A DNA stretch of 64,000 bases. It comes from an uncultured Negativicutes bacterium (GTDB taxonomy: Bacteria; Bacillota; Negativicutes; JBAXTZ01). Below, one piece after another: positions 8,373 to 20,100 of the stretch. Both the position numbers and the translations under genes were made by a program. Position 1 is the stretch's first letter. Each line of letters starts with the position of its first letter. The stretch is taken from assembly GCA_963721525.1 (NCBI GenBank), contig CAVRJL010000006.1, forward strand, positions 13,127-77,126, written 5' to 3'. The notes beneath the pieces are model-generated. The model saw only the letters and a program-made list of their open reading frames with translations. It did no database searches and had not been told where the DNA came from.

Positions 8373-10268
8373 TTAAAATGAATTTCCTAATGAGAAATAA
8401 AATTGCCAACCTGCAATATTTTCTAAAAACCAATCTTTTTTAGAATATGGTCTACCTAAATCAAATTTTAATTGTCCGATAGGAGTGGTAACGCGTGCGC
8501 TTACTCCATAATCTGCTATCATTCCATTACTATGAGGACCAGGTACAGGTCCATATAAAGGATTATAAATTCGATTCTTTGCCCATATTTGTCCTATATC
8601 TGTAAACAAAGCAAAACTAAGTATATTTGAAACAATAGGAATTCTATATTCTATAGTAGAAAAGAATACAGATGACCCTGCAAACTGTCCAGTTTTATAT
8701 CCCCGCAAAGTTTCAGAACCTCCTAAACAATAAGAACTAGTTTCTGGAATATCTTTCCCGAATAATCCATACATATGCCCCAATTTTAACCACATTGCAA
8801 GGGTTGTTTTTTTATAAATTGGGGAATAATATTTTATTTCACCAGTTATTTTTTGATAACCAAAATCTCCTCCCAATAACCCTGATGTTTCTAAATTAAG
8901 AGATTGATATATCCCTTTTATAGTATTTATTAACGGAAATCGGCTATCATAATATCTAGACAATATTACTGTATTATTAAGTCCAAAATTTTTATTTATA
9001 TATCCATAATAAGGATTAGGACTACCTATATGGTTACCTTTTTCATCAATTAAATAAAAGTTCTCATAAGTTTTTTCTGCGCCACCTTTATATTGACAAT
9101 TATTCAAATTTACACTTAAATTATACCTTTCATATTCTCCTATCATTTTTCCAAATCCAACGCTCATTCCTGTTTCTTTAATGTTATAAGTGGCTCTAAT
9201 TACTTTATATCCATCAGGTTTTGTAGAGTCTCCCATGTCAGTTTTAGACGAATGTTTTTCGTATACGTTCCTAAAATAAGAAATCCCTATTGTTCCTTGT
9301 TTATCTAAATAAGGACTCATATAAGTAATAAATTTATTAGTATTCGCTAAATCAGATCCACCTATAGCAAAGCTAGTTTTTATCTGATCCCCTGTTCCGT
9401 ATAAATTGTTTTCCTCAATAGATACATTAGCGAAAAAATTAAGCCAACTTTTCGTACCTCCTATGGATAGTCCTCCACCTATAGAAACTAAGCCTGTTGT
9501 CCCTTCTTGAACTTTTATATCAATTTCTACCTGATCAGGCAAACTACCTGGGAAGTAGGTAATAAATATAGATCCCGCTTTAAAAATCATTAAATTAGTT
9601 AATCGCTCATATGAACGAGCATATCTATCTTTATTAAAAGGTTCTCCCTCTTTAAACCGCAACTCGCGTTCTATAACATAATTTTTAGTTTTCGTATTAC
9701 CTTTTATATTGATTTTTTCTATTATTCCTTCGGCAATTTTTATAGTTAATACGCCATCCTCATCAAATTTAACATTGCTTATTTTTGCTAATATATATCC
9801 CTCATCTTGATATTTTTTAATTAGATCTTTAATTCCTTCTTGTAACTCAGTAATATTTAAAATTTTCCCTAAAGGTAAGTTCAATAATTTAAATAAGGTT
9901 TGTTCATTATACACAGTATTTCCTATAAAAACTATTTTTTTAATAATATTATTAGTTTCGACTTCGTATTTTATATCTTTGCCTCTGTAATTTTTCTTAA
10001 ATTGCATACCTAATTTAGAAAAATACCCGTTATTCATTAATGTTTTAGTATCTTTAGTTGTCATTTCAGCTGCAAATACTTTTCCTTTTTTCATTTGTAT
10101 ATTAGACGTTAACAATTTTGTGATCATTTCTCGCGTACCTTTAATTTTTACAGAAGTAATTATTTTATCTATATAATTTTGAGCATAAAGACTAGAAAAA
10201 AACATACTCCAAAGATAAAAAACAATATTTGCAAATAATACTGCGTTTATTCTTTTGTTTTTTAGCAT
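8373..10268 (-). CDS. bamA: Outer-membrane protein assembly factor BamA (Omp85 family)
   Basis: It has a signal peptide, POTRA-like N-terminal repeats and a long Gly/aromatic-rich beta-barrel region. It ends in ...YFSLGNSF, with the terminal Phe typical of OMPs. Confidence 0.85.
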   Translation of the reverse strand: MLKNKRINAVLFANIVFYLWSMFFSSLYAQNYIDKIITSVKIKGTREMITKLLTSNIQMKKGKVFAAEMTTKDTKTLMNNGYFSKLGMQFKKNYRGKDIKYEVETNNIIKKIVFIGNTVYNEQTLFKLLNLPLGKILNITELQEGIKDLIKKYQDEGYILAKISNVKFDEDGVLTIKIAEGIIEKINIKGNTKTKNYVIERELRFKEGEPFNKDRYARSYERLTNLMIFKAGSIFITYFPGSLPDQVEIDIKVQEGTTGLVSIGGGLSIGGTKSWLNFFANVSIEENNLYGTGDQIKTSFAIGGSDLANTNKFITYMSPYLDKQGTIGISYFRNVYEKHSSKTDMGDSTKPDGYKVIRATYNIKETGMSVGFGKMIGEYERYNLSVNLNNCQYKGGAEKTYENFYLIDEKGNHIGSPNPYYGYINKNFGLNNTVILSRYYDSRFPLINTIKGIYQSLNLETSGLLGGDFGYQKITGEIKYYSPIYKKTTLAMWLKLGHMYGLFGKDIPETSSYCLGGSETLRGYKTGQFAGSSVFFSTIEYRIPIVSNILSFALFTDIGQIWAKNRIYNPLYGPVPGPHSNGMIADYGVSARVTTPIGQLKFDLGRPYSKKDWFLENIAGWQFYFSLGNSF

Positions 10269-10280
10269 TTAAAACCTCCA

Positions 10281-10494
10281 TATTTTATTTAATAAAATTT
10301 CTTTGATTATTTGGTTATTTAAATTATTTACAGGAAACACTATATGCTACTTATTACAAAGTGTATATTATATTTGCACGTAACCATGATTATACTTGAA
10401 TTATATAGAGGTTTTCAATAAAAATTTCTCAAAAATATTTGCTTACTATTTTATTATGAAATTTCTTTGATTATTTGGTTATTTAAATTATTTG
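10281..10494. repeat. Direct repeat of about 47-49 nt (35-nt identical core), two copies 164 bp apart
   Basis: The core AAATTTCTTTGATTATTTGGTTATTTAAATTATTT occurs at 10295-10329 and 10459-10493. Both copies are preceded by TATTTTATT. Confidence 0.9.
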
Positions 10495-11130
10495 GGCATA
10501 TGTGTTTCTAAAATTATAGCGAAGATTCGTTCCTAAAAACACGTTACTGCCAAATACGCTATTGCGCGTACAATATATCCAAAAATTATACCCTGTTGAA
10601 TTTAACGACAAAATAAATTTACTAGTTTCTACCTCTATATTTATTATCCTATTACGAAAAATTCTGTGTGCGAAAACAATTAACTAAATATTTACTTATG
10701 ATATAATTGCTAATATAAATTCTTTCTTAAGCAACGAAACAGCTTTTAGACCAAATTTTGCAAGCGTAAATTATTAATAGTAGGAATTGGAAATTTTATA
10801 CTATCAAACAATTAGATATTGAGATTATTTTGAATGTTATTTCAAAAATTAACGAATATAGTAATCTAACTAAAAATTTATTATAAATTGTAGATATAAG
10901 AGTTATTATTAATAAAATTAATTAGTAGAACTGCTTTTAAAAAATAATAAGATTTATATATTAATCTTATTATTTCTATAAACTTAATAAAAACAGAATA
11001 AATAGATGAATCCTTAGAAAAACCCAAACGTTTTTATGAATATATAAAATAATTGCAAAATGAAATAAATATAGAATAAGTGTTTTATCTGATTTTTTTA
11101 TATATAAAATTTATGAGTTAAGGAGTTGAA

Positions 11131-11628
11131 ATGAAAATAGCAGTGTGTCCTGGAAGTTTTGATCCCGTTACAAATGGGCATATGGATATATTTAAACGTA
11201 CAATAAGAATATTTGATAAATTAATTATCGCTGTATTTAATAATCCTGTTAAAAATACATGGTTTTCAGTGAAAGAACGTGTTGAAATGCTAAAAGAAGT
11301 TACTTTAAATTTCAATAATAAGAATATTGAAATTATGCATTTTGACGGATTGTTATTGGATTTTTGCAACAATGTAAACGCATGTGCTATTGTAAGAGGA
11401 TTGAGAGTTTTGAGCGACTTCGAATATGAATTTCAGCGCGCTCTATTGTTAAAAAAATTTGATGATAAAATCGACACAATTTTTCTAATGACAGCAAACG
11501 AGTATTCTTTTATTAGCTCAACTAATATTAAAGAATTAGCTTATTTTGGTGGAGAATTAAAGGAGTTTGTTCCTTTGCATGTTAAAAATAAAATAGAACA
11601 TAAATGTAGGTGGAGATATAGAACTTGA
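11131..11628 (+). CDS. coaD: Phosphopantetheine adenylyltransferase
   Basis: The N-terminus reads MKIAVCPGSFDPVTNGHMDI, and the length is typical at about 160 aa. Confidence 0.95.
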   Translation: MKIAVCPGSFDPVTNGHMDIFKRTIRIFDKLIIAVFNNPVKNTWFSVKERVEMLKEVTLNFNNKNIEIMHFDGLLLDFCNNVNACAIVRGLRVLSDFEYEFQRALLLKKFDDKIDTIFLMTANEYSFISSTNIKELAYFGGELKEFVPLHVKNKIEHKCRWRYRT

Positions 11629-12117
11629 ACATTTGCTTGAAGATGAGTGTAAACGATTATTGGCAAAATGTAGTAGAATGCCTTTTACTTACAAATATTT
11701 AATTAACGACTACGAATTAGATTTGTCTATATGCAATATTAAACAATGTTTTCCAGAGAATATTAGAGAAGCTGAAAAGCTTTATTTAAAAAATAAAGGC
11801 TATTAAAACAGACAAAAGAAGACGCAGAAGATATTTTAACTAAAGCTAAGAAAGAAGCAAAAAGTATTATACATTATGCTTGGCGAGATGCTAAAAATAT
11901 AATTGAGCACGCTAAAGATAAGTATAATAAAATTATAAATGAACATAATATTGTATTACAAGCTTAAGAAATAGCGAATGAGACAATTTATCAAGCTAAA
12001 GCTGATAGTGAACAATTTCTTAAAAATATTAATAGTTATTCATTAAATGTGTTTCATTATTTAGAAGAAAGCTTATCTAGGTTACAAGAGTCTACAAAAA
12101 AATCAGATACATTTTGA
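11597..12117 (+). pseudogene. Disrupted coiled-coil gene, resembling the small V-ATPase subunit-H-like proteins found next to coaD in Clostridia
   Basis: Segment 1 (frame 2) reads GGDIELEHLLEDECKRLLAKCSRMPFTYKYLINDYELDL...EAEKLYLKNKGY and ends at TAA 11804-11806. Segment 2 (frame 1) reads QTKEDAEDILTKAKKEAKSIIHYAWRDAKNIIEHAKDKYNKIINEHNIVLQA, then an in-frame TAA at 11965-11967, then EIANETIYQAKADSEQFLKN.... There is no ATG/GTG/TTG start. Confidence 0.55.
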
Positions 12118-12178
12118 AAAATTAGATCAAAAAAAAGTTAATTAAAGATATTAAGATCAACTCTTGTAAATTTTCTTA

Positions 12179-13364
12179 TCAAATAATTATGGGCTTGTAT
12201 AAAAAATCTTCCAGGGGATTTATACCAGACTCAATGCTATATATTTTTGTAGCTTTAATTTCTAAATTCATAACTAGATAGCCAAAATTAGTAGTATCTA
12301 ACTGTTTAATATATTTTGCTGTATTTACAATTAGAGGCAGAGACGCTTTCTTAGAAATAATTTTTAACAAGTTTTGACCTGTACTGTTCCAAGCAAGCGG
12401 TCTTATATATTGAGGTCCATAGTGTTCACACTCACTTAATATGTCTTTGTTTATATTTAATAATATATTAATTATTATTCTTTGCAAGCGCGTATATATA
12501 TATCGTTTGCTTTTTATTTGACTTAATAATTCTCTAATTTTAATATTTTTATTTGATTCTTTTAAAAATTTGTATTCTAAACCTTCGTTTATACCAGCGA
12601 TGTTTCCAAGTTGTCCTGGAGTAATTGAATAAAGTATATAGGATAAAATTTTGTTGAAATTGTCTAAAAAAACAGGCTTATATTTTTTTAAATATGTTGA
12701 ATAGATAGAACATATATTTTCAGGAATTGTTTTATAAAGAAGTGTATATTTTTTTCTATCATTTAAAATATTATTTCTTATAGACATTGCTGAAGAAAAT
12801 TTATTTGTTAAAATTTTAGAATTATAAGAATTATTTATACGTTTAATAAGAAAAAGCTCTATTTTACTATTATATTTTTTTAATGCTTGTAAGTATTCAA
12901 TAGCTAATATATTATTAGACGAAAAGATATTTTTATTAATATTTGTAGTTAATATTTGAGCATAATTCATACTTTTATATTTCTTAAAATTATGTACATT
13001 GTCATTTTTTTGTATTAAATTTTTTACTTTTAATAAAAAGTATTTATCTGGTATTTCGGCACCACAAGATATAATATTTATAACATTTAAAGATTGTAAT
13101 AATTTTATGGCATTGGAAGCGAAATATTGGGCACTTCTATTAGTAAAAATAACAGGAATCTCTAAAACAAGGTCTCACTCCCCCTAAAATAGCGGCATGT
13201 GCTCTTAAAAGTTTCTTAAAGCAAGCTGGTTCACCTCGTTGGACAAAATTTCCGCTCATAACAACAATAATTGGTTGTTTAATAAGTTTTCTCGTTTGTT
13301 CGATATGGTATTTATGGCCATTGTGAAACGGATTATATTCAGCAATTATTCCGGTAGCTTTCAT
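12179..13364 (-). pseudogene. tmcAL: tRNA(Met) cytidine acetate ligase TmcAL (YlbM/UPF0348 nucleotidyltransferase), split by a 1-nt frameshift
   Basis: The N-terminal ORF reads [23 protein letters not shown]...[12 protein letters not shown]...AILGGV and then runs to a stop. Dropping one A near 13175 continues as [26 protein letters not shown]..., in frame with the 263-aa ORF 12179-12970. Confidence 0.8.
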
Positions 13365-13810
13365 TTACTATAATCAACTCATCATAATATATTTTTTTAT
13401 ATTATACAATATATGCATTGTTTCGAAAATATTAATATAAACATAAAAAGAAAAATATATCTTATTTTTTCTAATAGATAATTCAATATTGTAGAATTTG
13501 AGCAAATTGGTTACAATTAGTAGTAAAGATCAATTAATAATCAAAATGATAAATAAAAATATAAAATTGCTATTGTATTGTAAAAAAATATTTAGGTGTA
13601 ATTTTTTTGAAGAATGAAAAAATTTATATGATTATTTTATTTTTGATTATAATATTGAGAAAAAATTTACTAGGGTGTTAGATACAACTGCAAATGATCC
13701 AGATGTTGTAATTTATGTACAAATGCCAAGATTTTTTACATAAATACATTTGTTATCAAGACAAAAGATAACTTATCAAAATCTAATTTTGACCATAAAA
13801 AGGATAATTG

Positions 13811-16800
13811 ATGCGCATAATAATAGGTCTAGCTGGAAGTGGGAAAACTACTACTTGTTTAGAAGAAATAGCAACAGAAATTATGACTAACCAATTCTGG
13901 GGGCCTCTATATTTAATTGTTCCCGAACAGGCTACTTTCGAAGCACAAAAAAAACTTGCTGAAATTTGTGGTAAAGGTTTTATGCGAGCAGAAGTGTTAG
14001 GTTTTCAGTATTTTGCTTATCATATTTATTCAAAAATAGAAAATAAAAAATTTTATTTAAGCGAAGCCGGGAGAAAGCTTATTTTACGCTATCTAGCTTA
14101 TAAAAATAAAAAAAAATTTAAAACTTATGGAAAAAATTTTAGTCAGCGAAATTTTATCAGTGAATTAGCTGAACAAATAAAAGATTTAAAAATTCATGGA
14201 ATATTACCATATGATCTTTATAATAAATATTTTGGCTCTGCAAGTGCTAAAGTTAGCGATATTTCTTTGTTATATAAGAAATGTGAAGAGTATAAAAAGA
14301 AAAATAATTTTGTTGATTCAGATGATTATATGGTAAATTTACCTTTATTAATACCTAAATATAAAAAATTAAAAGAAGCAAAATTTTGGCTAGATGGATT
14401 TAACTTTTTTAATAAACCTCAGTTGAACATTATAAAAGCTCTGCATAATTTAAATGTTGATATTACAATTACCTTAACTATGGACGATATAAATAATGAT
14501 TTTAGTAAACATAATAATCTATTTTTTCAACAATACAAAACATTTCAATTTTTTAAAAAAACATATCCTAAAACGAAAATTATAGTAAAGAAAGAACAGA
14601 AAAGGTTTATTAATAAAAGTATTAAACTAATAGGAAAAAGTATCATAGATGACAAAAGAATAGAAAATGAGAGCTGGAGAGGAATAAATTTTGCTAAAGC
14701 TTTAGATAAAAATGAAGAAGCTGATTGGATAGGTAGGAAAATTATCGAGCTTGTTCGTGATAAACATTTTCGCTGGCGAGATATTGCTGTTGTTGGACGT
14801 AATATCGAACACTATAAAAATACTTTAAAAAATACTTTTAAAACTCATAATATATCTTATAGTTTTGATGAACCTTATCCAGTAGCGCATAATTGTTTAT
14901 CTGATTTTATTCGCGCAATAATTGAAATAAAGTTAAAAAATTGGGATTATCAAGCTGTTTTTTCTTCTATAAAAACAGGTATGTTTAACGAATTTTTTGA
15001 TAATTATGAATATGATAAGCTAGAAAATTATGTATTAAAATATGGAATAAAAGGAAAAAACTGGCAAAAGGAATTTATTTACGGATTTCAAGGTGAAGAA
15101 AAAGAAAAAGAGAAAAGTAAATTAAATTGTGTTCGTGAATATTTAAAAAAAACAATAAATATATTTTGCAAAAATAGTTTAAAAGAGACAATAAAAAAAT
15201 ATGTGCAATCTTTAGAAGAACTGCTAAAGGTTATAAAAGCAGAACTATATTTAGAAAATTTGGCTATAAAAGCAGAAAAAGAGAATGATAAAGCAGCAAG
15301 TGCAGGATACAGACGAGTATGGCAAGTTATAAACGAGATATTCAAAGAATTAAAACTAATTTCTAATAATGAGAAAATATCTTTAAATGAGTTTGCCTCA
15401 ATTATAAGTGAAGGACTTGATGCAGTACAAATAAAAATTACTCCTCCTGGTTTAGATTATCTAGGGGTTTATTCTATTGATAGCATGAGAATGCCAGAAA
15501 AACAAGCGATATTTATTTTAGGAATGAACGAAGGAATTTTACCGCAGTATGATATAAATGAGTCTAGTTTGTTAAATCAAAACGATTATGAACAGTTGAA
15601 TAAAGTTGGAATTGAAACGCCTATAAGTGGTATAGATAAAATATTTGCCGATTATTTTATTTTTTATAGTGCTCTATCGCAAGCGCGTGAATATTTATTT
15701 TTTAGCTATTCATCAATTAACACGCGCGGTAAAATTCAATATCCTTCTTTTTTTTTGGAAAAAATAATAAAAATGATGGGAAAAGAATACGATGTTGCCT
15801 CCTCTTACAACCAAATTTGCTCTCAACATAATATCAAAACAACTGCTCTTGATTATTTTTCTAGTTTTAAAAGAGCTAAAAATGAATTTGCGAAACTTGT
15901 TAGAGAGGGAATAAAAAGAGAAAGCGAGCTTCCTTATTGGCGCGTTTTACATGAAAAAATAGTTCAGGACAAAAATTCAAATATTTATAAAGCTTTAGCT
16001 TATAATAATGACAGTGACAATCTTTCTCCAAATATAGCACAAAAATTGATAATGAATGACAATGCATTTGTTGGCAATGTAACAAAATTTGAAACATATT
16101 TTAGTTGTCCTTTTAAGTTTTTTGTCAATTATATGCTGAAGCTTAAAAAACGGGAAAAATTTAACTTAGAGATACTGGACGTAGGCAATATTTATCATGA
16201 AACGTTGTATTGTATTGGAAAAATTTTTACTGAAAACGGATTTTTAATGAACTTTAAAAACATTGAACAATCTAATTTTACGGTAATTTTAAAAAAAATT
16301 AGAGAAATATTTGAGACACAAGCGGATAAAATAAAAAATAATTTATTTTCAAGCAATAGTTTTGCTACCATTTTAAAAAAACGATTGTATAAACGTTTTA
16401 AAAAAACGTTTATACAAATTGTTTCCTTTAGTAAATATTCAAAATTTGACACTATTTATTTAGAAAAAACTTTTGGGAATAAAGATTGTACTTGGGAAGG
16501 ATTAGAATTAAAAGAAAAAAAAGTTTTAATAAATGGTAAAATTGATAGAATTGATTTACTCAAATTTAATGGGAAAAAATATGGATTAATAATAGATTAT
16601 AAAACAAACAAAAGCGAATTGAATTTTTGCGAATTATATTTTGGCTTAAAACTTCAGCTTCCAGTATATTTAGAAACGTTTTTGCAAAACTATGCTTATA
16701 AAACAGAACCAGCTGGAGTATTGTATATAGGCTTGGAAAACGACCGTATAAGCACTGGATACGAAGATGATATCAAGAAGAAAAAATTTAAAAAAACAGC

Positions 16801-17152
16801 TTTTTCTGGATTGCTTTCTTCAGATATTTATTCAGGTAACGAGTATATGTTCGATTATGTAAATATGAAATTTAAAAAAGATAAAAGTTCCGATTATTTA
16901 ATCAATAAAAAATTTTTTAATTTATTAATAAAAAATGCAAAAAATAAAATCTTAACAGCATCTGAAAATATTTTAAACGGATTTATGCATATAAAGCCAG
17001 TAAAATGCAAAAATTTAGCGTGCGAATACTGCTCATTTATTGATATTTGTCGATTTGACCAATCTTTAGGGGACAAATATGAAATAAAAGCTATTGCAGA
17101 TACCGAAGTATTTAAAAAATTAGAAACAGAGCTTGGATATAACAATGAGTAA
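13811..17152 (+). CDS. addB: ATP-dependent helicase/nuclease AddB (RexB)
   Basis: It has Walker A GLAGSGKTT. The C-terminal nuclease/Fe-S region reads IDRIDL...IIDYKT...CEYCSFIDICRF. I prefer the ATG at 13811 over the TTG at 13808. Confidence 0.9.
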   Translation: MRIIIGLAGSGKTTTCLEEIATEIMTNQFWGPLYLIVPEQATFEAQKKLAEICGKGFMRAEVLGFQYFAYHIYSKIENKKFYLSEAGRKLILRYLAYKNKKKFKTYGKNFSQRNFISELAEQIKDLKIHGILPYDLYNKYFGSASAKVSDISLLYKKCEEYKKKNNFVDSDDYMVNLPLLIPKYKKLKEAKFWLDGFNFFNKPQLNIIKALHNLNVDITITLTMDDINNDFSKHNNLFFQQYKTFQFFKKTYPKTKIIVKKEQKRFINKSIKLIGKSIIDDKRIENESWRGINFAKALDKNEEADWIGRKIIELVRDKHFRWRDIAVVGRNIEHYKNTLKNTFKTHNISYSFDEPYPVAHNCLSDFIRAIIEIKLKNWDYQAVFSSIKTGMFNEFFDNYEYDKLENYVLKYGIKGKNWQKEFIYGFQGEEKEKEKSKLNCVREYLKKTINIFCKNSLKETIKKYVQSLEELLKVIKAELYLENLAIKAEKENDKAASAGYRRVWQVINEIFKELKLISNNEKISLNEFASIISEGLDAVQIKITPPGLDYLGVYSIDSMRMPEKQAIFILGMNEGILPQYDINESSLLNQNDYEQLNKVGIETPISGIDKIFADYFIFYSALSQAREYLFFSYSSINTRGKIQYPSFFLEKIIKMMGKEYDVASSYNQICSQHNIKTTALDYFSSFKRAKNEFAKLVREGIKRESELPYWRVLHEKIVQDKNSNIYKALAYNNDSDNLSPNIAQKLIMNDNAFVGNVTKFETYFSCPFKFFVNYMLKLKKREKFNLEILDVGNIYHETLYCIGKIFTENGFLMNFKNIEQSNFTVILKKIREIFETQADKIKNNLFSSNSFATILKKRLYKRFKKTFIQIVSFSKYSKFDTIYLEKTFGNKDCTWEGLELKEKKVLINGKIDRIDLLKFNGKKYGLIIDYKTNKSELNFCELYFGLKLQLPVYLETFLQNYAYKTEPAGVLYIGLENDRISTGYEDDIKKKKFKKTAFSGLLSSDIYSGNEYMFDYVNMKFKKDKSSDYLINKKFFNLLIKNAKNKILTASENILNGFMHIKPVKCKNLACEYCSFIDICRFDQSLGDKYEIKAIADTEVFKKLETELGYNNE

Positions 17153-20100
17153 TTATTTATTTAAAGATGCCCAAAATAGGGAATACATAAGAAATCAATT
17201 TGGGAAAAATATTTTAGTATCTGCTTCTGCTGGTTCAGGTAAAACTTCGTCTCTTACTCAAAGGGCAATTAATGTACTAAAAAATAAGGACGAAAACGGT
17301 AATTATTATTCTATTGACCAAATATTACTTGTAACGTTTACTGATGCGGCAGCTACAGAAATAAAAGAAAGAATAGGTAGCATTTTAGCTAAAGAAGCGA
17401 AAGAGGCAGAGACAAACGCTGATTTTGATTTGGTAAAACATTTATATCGTCAACAATTATTGTTGGGGCAAGCATGGATATCAACAATTCATTCTTTATG
17501 TGCGCGCCTTATTCGCCGGTATTTTCATCTATTAGAAATTGACGCTAAATTTCGTTTAGCTGACGAAACAGAATCTCGTATGTTAATGCAAGATTGTGTA
17601 GAATATTTATTTGAGCGATATTATAATAAGAAAGATAATGATTTTATTTTATTGACAAAATGGTTTTGTTCAGATCTAAATGATAACGCATTATACAAAG
17701 CAATATTTGATATTTATAAATTTACCTGTAATAGAATAGATAAAGAAGAATGGCTAAATAATTGTTCAGATCAATTTTGGCCAAAAAATGCGCAAAAGAT
17801 TACTGAGTGTGAATGGGGAAGAGAATTTTTAAACTATGTTTATACCAAATTGGAAAAAGCATTATGTTTATTGGAAAAAGGAATACAAACGGGAAGACAC
17901 AGTGATGCAATGGAAACTATATTACAAATATGTTTTAATGAGCAAAATCAACTTAGGCGGATAAAAAATTATAAAAATTATTCTCAATTACGAGAAAATT
18001 TACGAAAAGTAAAATTTGAAAGTTGGAGAAAATGTATAAGAAATGAAAAAGTATTAAAGAATAATGTTGAAAAATTCGACAAAATAAAAAAATTTATAAA
18101 TGAACAAAGAAAAATAATAAAAACTTTAACAAAAAATTTTTTTCAGACAGAAGAAGAAATAATAAAAAAAAATAATACTGTTCGTTTAATAATAGAAAAA
18201 CTAATAGAAGTGACAAAAAATTTTATTACAGTTTATGCATTAAGAAAAAAGGAAAAATCAATTTTCGATTTTAATGATTTAGAAAGATATTGCCTGAAAT
18301 TATTAACTGGCAATAATAACGAACCTTTAAAGGATTTACAAAATAAATTTGTACAGATTTTTATAGATGAATATCAAGATATAAATGAAGTACAGGAAGC
18401 TATATTACAAAAATTAAATGGAAATAATTTCAACAGATTTATGGTAGGTGATGTTAAACAAAGCATTTACAGATTTAGATATGCAGAACCAACAATTTTT
18501 TTAAAAAAATATAATATTTATCCTGAACATGATAATGCTAATTGTCGAAAAATTGATTTGTCATTAAACTTTCGAAGTTGCTCAAAAGTATTAAAAACAA
18601 TTAATTTTATTTTCGAAAAAATAATGACAATAGAAACAGCATACATCAATTACAATGAGAGTGTGTCCTTAAAATTAGGCGCAAAAATGTACTGGAAAGA
18701 GAATATTCATCGTAATGCCTTGGATCATTCTACAGAACTTCATTTTGTCTGTAAAAAAAATAAAGAAAATCGAGAATTGAATATTGATGAAGAGGAAGGA
18801 GACAAAAACGACTTTATTTATGAAGGACAAGTTATAGCCGATAGAATTAATGAAATGGTTTCTCAAAGTAAATTAACTTACGATAAAATACTTGATATAT
18901 GGCGTCCTATCCAATATAAAGATATAGCTGTTTTATTTCGTTCGAGTAGACATATATCTAACTTAGTCAATATTTTACGCAATAATGGAATACCCAGCCA
19001 TACAAACCGCATTGAAGGATTTTTTCTTTCATTTGAAATAAAAATTATGATTTCTTTATTAAGCGTAATTGATAATCCATTACAAGATATTCATCTTGTT
19101 GGAGTATTAAGATCTCCATTATTTGAGTTTAATAATGATGAATTAGCACAAATTCGCTTATATGAACGTATTGGATATTTTTGGGATGGAATACAAAAAG
19201 CTACTGAATCCGAAATAGAAAATGAATTGAAAAATAAATGTTTAAATTTTATTAAGGAGATAAATTTTTGGCGAGAATTAAGTAGAAGAACATCGATATA
19301 CGAACTTATTCAAGATATATATGAAACAAAAGATTTTTTGAATTATATAGCAGTATTACCTTTTGGGGATGTAAGGCAAGCTAACTTACGTTTGTTACAA
19401 GATAAAGCTTTACAGTACGAACAAACTGCTTATAAAGGACTATTTCGTTTTATAAAATATATTGAAGAATTGAAAGAAAGAAAAGTGAACTTAGCTCAAG
19501 GACAAATTTTAAGCGAAAGCGATAATATTGTACGTGTTTCAACTATACATAGCAGTAAGGGATTGGAATATCCAGTAGTAATAATAGGTGAATTAGGAAG
19601 AAAATTATTAACTGAAAAAGATATTGATAATAAATTATTTAATTTGCATAAACAACTAGGTATAGGGATGAAATTTGTCGATTTGAAAAGTAATATAGTT
19701 TTTGCTAGTGAAATTAATAATTTAATTAATTATAAGTTAGAACAAGAAATGATAGCTGAAGAAATAAGAATATTATATGTAGCTATGACTCGTGCTAGAG
19801 AAAAACTTATACTTGTTACAAACATCCAAAAAAAAAGTAGTTTGATTAATAGTGTAAAAACCAAATGGAAGCCGGCAATTTCTATAATGGAAAATGAAAA
19901 AATCAATAGCATAGATATAGCATCTCATAAATCTTGGCTTGATTGGATAATGATGGCATTATTAACAGATGAAGAAGCTTTAAAAATTATAGAAAACGAA
20001 TATTCGCAAGGAATAGCTTATAACGGATGGAAAATATTCATTACGGATACCGAACAAATAAAAATTAAAGAACCTACTTTAGATCATAATTATATCTTTT

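Noticed and set aside
10526-10536. The 11-mer TTCGTTCCTAA is shared between intergenic regions 10526-10536 and 54760-54770 (opposite strand), with a looser copy near 46066-46080. It could be a dispersed intergenic element.
   Set aside because: Exact 11-mer coincidences are expected by chance many times over in 2 x 64 kb of AT-biased sequence. The flanks align only loosely and no common secondary structure emerges.
13628-13681. A 17-codon hydrophobic mini-ORF (MIILFLIIILRKNLLGC) resembles a type I toxin.
   Set aside because: There is no convincing SD, no antisense-RNA promoter and no terminator architecture. Such peptides arise easily by chance in T-rich sequence.
13667-13744. A short open stretch, FTRVLDTTANDPDVVIYVQMPRFFT-stop, vaguely resembles the C-terminal region of type III restriction Res subunits. 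It could be the relic of a lost R-M system between tmcAL and addB.
   Set aside because: It is only about 25 residues, the match is from memory to a loosely conserved motif, and there is no flanking helicase or methylase remnant. This is insufficient to support a call.
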